64,000 bases of DNA from Patescibacteria group bacterium. Lineage in GTDB: Bacteria; Patescibacteriota; Minisyncoccia; Phycocordibacterales; Zambryskibacteraceae. Below, piece after piece: positions 21,744-30,400 of this stretch; the first letter of the stretch is position 1, and the number at the start of each line of letters is the position of its first letter. The translations under genes and the position numbers were made by a program. A model generated the notes under the pieces. That model saw only the letters and a program-made list of their open reading frames with translations. It ran no database searches and was not told the DNA's origin. The DNA lies in contig SCSN01000009.1 in the NCBI GenBank assembly GCA_004322205.1, positions 29,836 through 93,835 on the forward strand, given 5' to 3'.

Positions 21744-21788
21744 CGTCACCTCACTACTTCAGGTGTTTTTCACCAACTCCGTTGGCCC

Positions 21789-22085
21789 CTAGCCAATCAT
21801 TCTGTCAAGCTCTGAATTACCGAGCGGGCTTTTCACAGGCTCCATCAGACGCCGCGCCAGTTCAATGCTTTGTCCAGCCACGTCTAGCGAGAACTGCGCG
21901 CGAGAGTCAACTTTCACTATCCTACCCTTCTTGAGAAGAGGACTAAGTCTCATGACTTTACTCGCCTGTTCAATCACCGCGAAGCCGCCACTCTTCAGAA
22001 AAATGACAGCGCGATCTTCTGGAGGGAAGAAGAAAGCGCGATGAGTGAGATGGAGATGGACCTGCCCCTCAATCACCCTAAGCAT
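21789..22085 (-). CDS. hypothetical protein
   Basis: 98-aa ORF with its own terminator; no recognisable motif. Confidence 0.35.
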   Translation of the reverse strand: MLRVIEGQVHLHLTHRAFFFPPEDRAVIFLKSGGFAVIEQASKVMRLSPLLKKGRIVKVDSRAQFSLDVAGQSIELARRLMEPVKSPLGNSELDRMIG

Positions 22086-22289
22086 ATAACCTCCATGGCT
22101 TTATTGTGCAAGTTTGCAGGGGTGCTCCACAATTAGATTACAACAAATTTTTAAAAAATCAAATGCAACTTTCTTTTAGTCCATTTTCTTATGTCCCTTA
22201 TTCGAGCGAATAAGGGACATAAGGAAGAATTAAAAAATTGTACGCTAGTCCAATCAGTTTTCTTTTCAGAGCCATAATTTTGTATTAAG

Positions 22290-22958
22290 ATGACCTATAT
22301 GAAGAAAAACGTTTGGCTGATTGGTTTTGCAGTAATTTTGATAGGTGCCTTTGGAGCGATGCTGGCGGCGCGCAAAAACGTCAATATCCCCTCCCCCACG
22401 AGCACGGCGGCGCCGGAAGCCCAGTTTGCGATTACTGCCGAAGACCACATTAAGGGCGCGCAGTTTGCAAAAGTCACCATCATCGAGTTCAGCGATTTTC
22501 AATGTCCTGCCTGCCGTGCCTATTATCCCCTCTTAAACGAAGTTCTCAAAAACTATCCCAATAATGATGTAAGAGTGATCTATAAACACTTTCCTCTGGT
22601 AAACACCCATATTGGTGCAGAGCCGGCGGCTCGCGCCTCGGAGGCCGCGGCCCTGCAGGGTAAGTTTTGGGAGATGCATGATCTAATTTTTGACAAGCAA
22701 GAGAGCTGGGCAACAAGGCCGACAAGGGGCGCCTTTGAAGATCTTGCTCGAGAGCTTAATTTAGATATCAACGCTTTCAGACGCGACTATGATTTACCTG
22801 CGCTGAAAAACCACGTTCAGAGAGATCTCAAGGAAGGTATTGATTTAGGGGTAAATTCCACCCCAACCTTTTACCTCAACGGCAGAAAAATAGAAAACCC
22901 GCGGAGCTTGGAGGATTTCAAGGCGCTTATTGACACTGCTCTTGCGAACCCTTTATGA
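22290..22958 (+). CDS. DsbA-family thiol:disulfide oxidoreductase
   Basis: N-terminal TM anchor; thioredoxin fold with FSDFQCPACRAY CxxC active site. Confidence 0.8.
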   Translation: MTYMKKNVWLIGFAVILIGAFGAMLAARKNVNIPSPTSTAAPEAQFAITAEDHIKGAQFAKVTIIEFSDFQCPACRAYYPLLNEVLKNYPNNDVRVIYKHFPLVNTHIGAEPAARASEAAALQGKFWEMHDLIFDKQESWATRPTRGAFEDLARELNLDINAFRRDYDLPALKNHVQRDLKEGIDLGVNSTPTFYLNGRKIENPRSLEDFKALIDTALANPL

Positions 22959-23383
22959 CGCCCAGAGCGCTTGTCATCACTTTTATCGTTGTTGCTTTTT
23001 TAGGATTCCTTGATGCCGCGTATCTTACGGCAAATTACTTTTTAGGCACTGCCCCGGCCTGCTTTATCGCACAAGGCTGTGATGTGGTTACTACAAGCGT
23101 TTATTCGCGCGTTTTAGACGTGCCGGTGGCCCTCCTCGGCTCTCTCTACTATCTGGCAATGTTTTTTGCCGGCCTTTACCTCCTGGAGTCCAAAAACGCT
23201 CGTTTTGCCCGTTTCCTCCCCTACTTCACTGCAACCGGCTTATTGGTCTCAATTTGGCTGATATACGCTCAAATTGCCCTTATAAAAGCCCTCTGTGTCT
23301 ATTGCCTTCTCTCTGCTCTAACCTCTACAGCACTTTTCATTCTATCTTTCCCGATTTCTAAGAAGCTTGAGTTGCAGGTGTGA
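22955..23383 (+). CDS. vitamin K epoxide reductase (VKOR) family protein
   Basis: Four to five TM helices, loop Cys pair (CFIAQGC) and CVYC active site; 4-nt overlap with the dsbA-like gene. Confidence 0.7.
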   Translation: MTPRALVITFIVVAFLGFLDAAYLTANYFLGTAPACFIAQGCDVVTTSVYSRVLDVPVALLGSLYYLAMFFAGLYLLESKNARFARFLPYFTATGLLVSIWLIYAQIALIKALCVYCLLSALTSTALFILSFPISKKLELQV

Positions 23384-23385
23384 AG

Positions 23386-23856
23386 TTACCTTGCATTTCC
23401 CCATACATTCCCATTGTTATCGTAGGTGTAGGGAGCATTGTAGATTTTGGTGACGGCATGAGGATTGGTGTAGCCGGCATCAGTATAGGTGTAATTCCCT
23501 TTGTCGCTCTTCCTTGTGATGTTCCCTATGGCATTGTATGTAATGTCATGTCTGAAGTTAGAGCCGTAGATTGCAACAGTTGAGGAAGCGATGATGAGCC
23601 TATTCAGATCATCGTAATACAAGTCCAGCGTCTTTTTGGAGTTTGTCCCCGATTGATCCACGATCTTTGTTATATTCCCCACCGCATCATATGTATAGGT
23701 GATGTCTTGCAACACATCAGAGGAAGAGGCGTTGACGTAGTTTATTTCCAAATACGGGTCAGACGATGTACCCGCTTGTTCGGAGCTGTACATGTGTATA
23801 CCGTGGAAAACAGTTGGAGTGGAGCTGGCGATGTCATGGTCGGCTTCTTCTGTCAC
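23386..23856 (-). pseudogene. orphan internal RHS/YD-repeat fragment
   Basis: 156-aa ORF about 90% identical to an internal segment (ADHDIASSTP...YTYDNNGN) of the giant RHS gene about 5 kb away; lacks both core ends. Confidence 0.75.
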
Positions 23857-24356
23857 AGCTTGATTTTATCAGGATTTTCGTATTTTTTTATCAAGATTAG
23901 AGTTTGCTCATCCAGTTCGATATTTGGATTGAGTTCTTTGAGGTGTTTAACAATTTTAGCACCAGTCTCTTCCGTAAATGATTCATTTGGTAGTTCGAGA
24001 TATTTCATTTTTCCATCTGAATCACTTATGATGTATAGTGATTTGTAAACGTCCCCAAAGCTTTTATCTAGGTTAAAAGTAGGCTGTCTTGAGATCCGTT
24101 TAATATGCTCTATATTAATACATTTCTTAATTACGAAGCAGTCAACCTTGCAGGCCGATTTATTGCCAACTGATAAATATATACCAGAAAAAGCGTTCAA
24201 AATTAATAAGAGACAAGCTAGAGCAAGACCAATTACGGTTGAGTTATAAAAGTTTCTCCCTGAAAGGAAAAAGGCTAATAGAAAACCACTCCCTAAGAGC
24301 ACTGCGATTGAGCCAGCCCATTTTTTACTTGTTCTGTATTTTATCTCCTTCATCAA
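23853..24356 (-). CDS. candidate RHS immunity protein (paralog of 25327..25800)
   Basis: 167 aa; N-terminal TM helix and C-terminal VKHLKELNPNIELDE motif shared with the second immunity ORF; 4-nt overlap with the upstream orphan CT module. Confidence 0.5.
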   Translation of the reverse strand: MMKEIKYRTSKKWAGSIAVLLGSGFLLAFFLSGRNFYNSTVIGLALACLLLILNAFSGIYLSVGNKSACKVDCFVIKKCINIEHIKRISRQPTFNLDKSFGDVYKSLYIISDSDGKMKYLELPNESFTEETGAKIVKHLKELNPNIELDEQTLILIKKYENPDKIKL

Positions 24357-25219
24357 TTTCCACCAAACGCATTCCTAAATCTAATCAATTTCTGCTGTTG
24401 TCGATAGGCTGCCTGTTGTATTGCGGTAATATATTGTTGGAGCGACATACCTGAACCTCCCGAACCACCTCTTAGAGATTGCAGTGCACCCCGTGCTATA
24501 AAACCAGTACCGGCTCTGAAGACACCCTGTACTGTGGTGTATTGAATCTGCCTCGTCCATAAATCTGAACTTATTCCTTCTGGTTTTTTTAACAGGACAC
24601 CCTTAACAGGAGCTTGACCTACTCCAAACTTGAAAAGACCTCGCGCAACCATTGAGTTTGCAGCAGACACAGACGCTTTTTCAAAGTCTAGCGGTTCCTT
24701 GCCGGCAAGATCTTGAACGAGTGATCCTACACCAGAGGATAAGCCAGATGAAACAATCGATGTTCCAAAAAATCTCCCTCCTCCAGCCGCGAAGAGTTGA
24801 GCCACTATATACTCGCCCGGAGAGGAGCTAGGTAAATACTGATCAATACCACTAACATTATTCGTTCTATTCTCCATAATATCCACCGCCCACTTTGCAA
24901 GGGAAGCGACACCTGCACCGATTATCGGTACAGCATACGGCATCAAGGGACACAACACGACAAAACACAACCCTTGTGGATCCTTGTACACATAAGGGCT
25001 ATTGTTGGCATAGCTGTAGCTGTTTAAGACTTGTGGATCAGAAAGTAATTTCTTTAGGTCTTGGTTTGAGAGTTTTGTGGCTTCAGGTGAGCCCAACCAT
25101 ACGAATATAGGATCTTGTGAGGCAAACCTCCCAATACGGCCGTCATAGTAGCGTGCATTGAGACATGAGAGAGCTGTATCATCATCGTATTCCTGTCCAA
25201 TGTATTTTATGAGTAGCTT
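24353..25219 (-). pseudogene. orphan RHS C-terminal toxin cassette (5'-truncated, no start codon)
   Basis: Reading frame open from 25219 (stop at 25220..25222); begins inside the last RHS repeat (YIGQEYDDDTALS...YYDGRIGRFASQDP), has the DPQGL boundary, then a Cys-rich hydrophobic CT domain. Confidence 0.65.
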
Positions 25220-25326
25220 TCAGCTTTTAGCTGTTAGGAAATACGAATAACGAATCAGGAATTATGAGTTAGGAAGGACAAGGCGCGGAGGCTTTTTTAA
25301 AGAACAAGCTCGACCTTTGGTCCTAG

Positions 25327-25800
25327 CTAGATTTTAGCAGAACTTTCGTACTTCTGTATTAGATTCTCTGCATTTTCGTCTAATTCTATTTTCGGATTGA
25401 GTTCTTTGAGGTGCTTTACTACTTTGACAATAGTCTTTTGTGTGAACCCAATATTCGGCATCTCAATATATTTACTTTTATGATCAATCTCACTAGCAAC
25501 ATAAAGTGATCTTGCACTTCTTCCAATGATAAAGGTTGGTGTGTATGATATTTTCTGAATTGAATTGATTTCCAAACATCTTTTTAGAATAAAACTATCA
25601 GTACGGCAAATGGTTCTATCGCTGATATGCACATAGGTACCAAGGAAATTATCAAGTGCGATAAATATTAATAAAACAAAAACAAGTAGTATAATTGGCT
25701 CAATTCCTTCTGAAATTTGTCTTAATATAGCCGGAAAAATGCCGATTAGTAGTAGGACAGCTATCATCCCAGCCCAGGCTTTATCAGTTCTGTATCTCAT
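25327..25800 (-). CDS. candidate RHS immunity protein
   Basis: 157 aa; TM N-terminus and VKHLKELNPKIELDE motif; start overlaps the stop of orphan CT-1. Confidence 0.5.
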   Translation of the reverse strand: MRYRTDKAWAGMIAVLLLIGIFPAILRQISEGIEPIILLVFVLLIFIALDNFLGTYVHISDRTICRTDSFILKRCLEINSIQKISYTPTFIIGRSARSLYVASEIDHKSKYIEMPNIGFTQKTIVKVVKHLKELNPKIELDENAENLIQKYESSAKI

Positions 25801-26906
25801 GGCTTCTTTGAGTTAAAACTAGCAATGAGACTCCTCAGGGCTGATATGAATTGATTCATATTAAACGGCCTCCCATTTACCTGTCCTGAACCTTGAGCTG
25901 CCGGCCTACTTGAACCGCCAGAGGAGCGTCGTAATTCCTGGGCCCCCATACCCGGAAGTGTTTGCAGGGCCTCTTGCCCAACCGCATATCTAGCACCTTT
26001 ATCCAGAAGTGATGATGATGTTTTCTTGAATAAATTTGGCAATCCTTCTTCTGCCAATTCATCAAATGGTGATTGTCCAGCTGCAGATTTGAAGAGTTTT
26101 CCACCTATCCCCGCAGAAACTCCGGTTAGTACAGCTTTAATTGGATCAATAGGTCTTCCCCCAGCATAATCTTGAATTACCGAGCCTGCGGCCGCTATTA
26201 CTCCCGAGGTCACAGCTTTTGTTCCAATTTGCACTGCGGATGCAGCACCGAAACTTACACTGGTTACGTATTCAGAAAACGAAGACCTTGGCGCAAACTG
26301 TTGCCAACCCACAACACTCGCAGCTTGATTTTCCCTAATATCAGAATACCAAGTACTGTAAAACGCTACTGTCCCCCCTATTAAAGCCAGGATACAAGCA
26401 GGGCACAAGCCATTCGGATCTTTGTTAACAATAGGGTTATTATCCGCATATGCATAGCTATTCAATGTCTGTGGATTTGAGAGAAAGAATGATTGATCCT
26501 GTCCGGTTAATTTCTTTAATCCCTGAGAATATCCAATCGCCAAGAAACTCGGATCCTGACTCACAAACCTCCCAATACGTCCATCATAGTATCTGGCATT
26601 GAGGTATGAGAGTGCGGTTTCAGTGTCATACTCCTGCCCTATGTATTTCCTTGATTCATTGTATGTTGTTTGTTTCTGATCTGTTCGGAGTTCACCGAAG
26701 GGGAAGTAGTCAATGAGTTCACTCACTGTGCTACTTGCGTCTGTAATTACCGTTGAACCTTGAAGGTGGTCAGTGTGCACGTAGTATGTACTCGTTCCTG
26801 TATTTGTTCCTCGTACTGAAGCTAGGAGGGTATTGTTAGCGTAAACGTGGTGGTCTCTCGTACTAGAATAATTAGTCATAAATAGTGCCTGACCCCATAA
26901 TCCCAT
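25797..26906 (-). CDS. orphan RHS C-terminal module (last YD repeats + DPNGL + CT domain)
   Basis: N-terminal about 150 aa are roughly 85-90% identical to the 3' core of the giant RHS gene (YYVHTDHLQGSTVITDASST...YYDGRIGRF); then DPNGL followed by the divergent CT CPACILALIGG... Confidence 0.7.
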   Translation of the reverse strand: MGLWGQALFMTNYSSTRDHHVYANNTLLASVRGTNTGTSTYYVHTDHLQGSTVITDASSTVSELIDYFPFGELRTDQKQTTYNESRKYIGQEYDTETALSYLNARYYDGRIGRFVSQDPSFLAIGYSQGLKKLTGQDQSFFLSNPQTLNSYAYADNNPIVNKDPNGLCPACILALIGGTVAFYSTWYSDIRENQAASVVGWQQFAPRSSFSEYVTSVSFGAASAVQIGTKAVTSGVIAAAGSVIQDYAGGRPIDPIKAVLTGVSAGIGGKLFKSAAGQSPFDELAEEGLPNLFKKTSSSLLDKGARYAVGQEALQTLPGMGAQELRRSSGGSSRPAAQGSGQVNGRPFNMNQFISALRSLIASFNSKKP

Positions 26907-26966
26907 GAATCCCCAGGACTGAAAAACCCAGCAAGAAATGTGGAGTTTGCGAAGTTTTCTGGTTTA

Positions 26967-27410
26967 TCAAACACTTTGAATATCGGGGTTAGCATCTATG
27001 AGAGATTTGGGTGCACGATAATAATACCAGTTTTTTTCTCGCGTTAAATTATGTTTTTGTTCGTGCGCCAACCCACAAATATTTTCTTTTATTTTTATGG
27101 TTTTTTCTTCGAAGAGTGAATCTGGTAAAACAAGTTTTTTTTCAACTTCTTTTTGTTCTTCTGAACTTAATTCGGTAAGAACAATGTCAATCGCACTTCT
27201 AACATCAAGATTGTTAGTATACTCATATATATCATCTTCCATTTCTACATCTTCCGTTATTTTTTCCCATCTGGGAATTAAATAGTTTAAGCCGTCCTTA
27301 ACTATAAAGTCGGCGTAACCTTCTAATCTTTTTTTTATTTTTTCTGTATGCGGGTAGGGCATAATTTGTATCTGACTTATAACTGGTTTTGAATTAATTG
27401 CTTCTCCCAA
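26967..27410 (-). CDS. candidate cognate immunity protein of the main RHS toxin
   Basis: 147-aa acidic ORF whose start overlaps the RHS stop by 17 nt (27394..27410). Confidence 0.45.
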   Translation of the reverse strand: MGEAINSKPVISQIQIMPYPHTEKIKKRLEGYADFIVKDGLNYLIPRWEKITEDVEMEDDIYEYTNNLDVRSAIDIVLTELSSEEQKEVEKKLVLPDSLFEEKTIKIKENICGLAHEQKHNLTREKNWYYYRAPKSLIDANPDIQSV

Positions 27411-30400
27411 ATCGCCGAGAAAACCTTGCGGCTGCTTGTTGCAACCTAATAACTTGCGCCTGTAACGAAGACACGTCAGAAGCAGAGAGACTTAATCCGT
27501 TGCTCCAACCAGAATATGAAGCTCCACTTGAAGGTTTGAAGTATGTATGCATTGTGACACCCCCAGTATTTTGATTCATGCTGAAAGACGCGAAGGAATT
27601 TGTTCTCGTGTCATAAGTGTTAATTCTTCCTCTGGTTTTATCAAACCTAAGTGGATACTTACCACTAATAGCATCTGTAACAAACTCACGAGCTGATTCT
27701 ACATACTCTTTTGTATTTGTTGTTCCAAAGTCAGCAGCATGATCTGCCGCGTGTTTTGTAGCATTTGCAGCGCGATTCGCCATAGATCCTTTGCTCCAAA
27801 CGCCTTCAAAATTAATATTTGGCTTCGGCGAATTTGGCACTGGTCTAGCACCGACGGTTGCGAGTGGCGCAGCATCAAAGTAAATCTGTGGTTGACTAGC
27901 CGCTGCATATGCTTCTGGTTCGTACACAGGATCTGGAGATAGGGGACGAGGCATAAACAGTAACATTCCAATAATCCCCCATGGTGTAGGTGGAACTTCT
28001 AATCCCTGTGGATCCTTGTTTACAATTGGGTTATTATTTGCATAAGCATAACTATTCATTTGCTGGGGATTGGAGAGAAATATTTCTAAGTTTTGAGTGC
28101 TTAATCGTTCAAGGAGCGAAGAACCAATTTCTAAAAACACCGGATCCTGACTGGCAAACCTCCCAATACGACCGTCATAGTATCTGACATTGAGGTAAGA
28201 CAATGCGGTCTCTGTATCATACTCCTGCCCTATGTATTTCCTTGATTCATTGTACGTTGTTTGCTTCTGGTCTGTTCGGAGTTCTCCAAAGGGAAAGTAG
28301 TCAATGAGCTCATTTAGAGTTGATGAGGCGTCGGTAATAACTGTAGAGCCTTGGAGGTGGTCGGTGTGAACGTAATAAGTGGAGGTGCTTGTCGTACTGG
28401 ATCGAATGGAAGCCAGTAACATTCCGTTGCTGTAAATATGCTTGTCTCGTGTAGTGGTGGCTGATACGTCATAGTACATGTTGGGGTAGTAGGTGGCGGT
28501 AGTTCCCACCTGATACTTGACTCTAGCTCCAGCATGATCGTAGGCCATCTGCATCGTACTCGTCGCCTTCGTTATCTTTGTAATCCAATTGTTGTAATTC
28601 CAAGTACTTGTCGCTATCCCCCCTATCCCCAGCATATTCCCATTGTTGTCGTAGGTATAGGGAGCGTTCCAGACTTTGGTAACAGCCTGGGGGTTAATGT
28701 AGCCAGAATCAGTGTAGGTGTAATTCCCTTTGTCGCTCTTCCTCGTAATGTTCCCTATGGCATTGTACATCACATCATGTCTGAAATTGCTCCCGTAGAT
28801 GGCAACAGAGCTTGAAGCAATCACCAATCTATTCAAGTCATCATAGTAGAGATCCAGTGTCTTTTTCGAATTTGTGCCTGATTGATCCACAATTTTGGTT
28901 ATATTCCCCACCGCATCGTAGGTGTAAGTGATGTCTTGCAACACATCAGAGGAAGAGGCGTTGACGTAGTTTATTTCCAAATACGGGTCAGACGATGTAC
29001 CCGCTTGTTCAGAGCTGTACATGTGGATGCCGTGGAAGCCGGGTGGAGTGGAGCTGGCGATGTCATGGTCGGCTTCACGGATGGCGATGAGGGTGGTGGA
29101 GGTGGGAGAAATCCAGCTTGTTCCGGTGGCATTGAGGTACCATTTGTTGTAGCCAATGAGAAAGTCAGCGCTGTTTTTTCTTGTTGCTCCCTCATCGGGG
29201 TTATTGATAGTCATTCTGGAATAATCGGAATTTTGTAGGAGTGTGGTAGAGGCTTGGTTGCTTTTAACAATTGCCATATTACCTCCATCTTGCTTGGCGT
29301 AGACATAGATATTAAGAGATGCAGATGTAACAGTAGCGTTTGAGCCAAGAGAGGAAGTGTCAAAAACGTAGAACTGACGAGAATTACCAAGATAATAGCC
29401 AAAATCAGTATATGCTCTGGCCGTCCCTTGATATGAATCCCCTCCATAGTAATTGGCAGATGTTGTAGCTCGAATATATGACCAAGGGCGACATGCACAA
29501 GCATCGCCGCCATATGCGGAATCGTCGATAAATGCCAAGCCGCCGTCTCCAGAGCCTGAATATGGGCTAAGGGTGAGATCGGTGCGGACCGGAAAGACTG
29601 TCGTTTTGAAGTAAGAGGCCGGGAGAATCTTGGTAACTTGAATGTTTGTACCTATTTTCTCGTAACGAATTGAGATGGGCCGTAAATGCGCTCGATTGGC
29701 GTCAGAATCATCTATGTACGGGGCGCGAATATACGAAACTCCTCCGCGGTCATCAATGATTTTTGCAGGATTGGCGGAAACAATTGTTCCGGCTTGGCTT
29801 AATCTTTTACCTTCTACCTCAATGTCCAAATCGCCTGAACTGGTGATTTCAAATAGTATTTCGTAGTCAGTGCCCGTGGCGAAGGTTTGGAGCGTCTGAC
29901 TATTTGCAATCACAAACTCTTTGGTAAGTGATACATCACCAAGCGACACTACCATGTCGGCGCCGGACCCCAGATAATTTTTATATGTAACTCTCTTCCC
30001 TGCCCACATGGGATCGGTCAATTCCTTTTGGACCGTAGCCGATGAAGTTGCCGCCTGCGGGAATGTAAGTGAGAGTATTTGACCACCGTTTTCAAAAGTG
30101 ATGGGAGAGTTTGTCGGCGATTTATCAAGTGTCGCTTTATACGGAGCCTTGTACATAAGCCAATTGTTTTGGCCGTCAATGAGGATAGTGTCTATCTCCG
30201 AAAGATTTCCTGCGCTGTCCCGATAGAAGATGTCGCCGGAGTAAAACTGCCCTTGGCGGATTTCATTGCCTTGGGGGTCAAAACCTATGAGGTAAGTCTT
30301 GCTTCTGGAAGTTCGCAGGTCATCTTTTTCAAACGGTTGATTGAGTATATAGTTCCCGTTTTCATCCACGACAGACTGCTCCGCCCGCAGATAGTCCTCC

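Noticed and set aside
21507-21749. 80-aa ORF (MTGLDWRRVLFFF...) in the lexA upstream region
   Set aside because: It lies entirely within a hairpin- and terminator-rich GC block, has low-complexity Gly/Arg/Ser composition, and spans two terminators. Treated as non-coding.
21590-21790. tmRNA or SRP RNA interpretation of the GC-rich block
   Set aside because: No tRNA-like T-arm/acceptor (GGTTCGANTCC...CCA), no tag reading frame ending in ...AA-stop, and no SRP GGAA/AGCAGCC helix-8 motif could be found on either strand.
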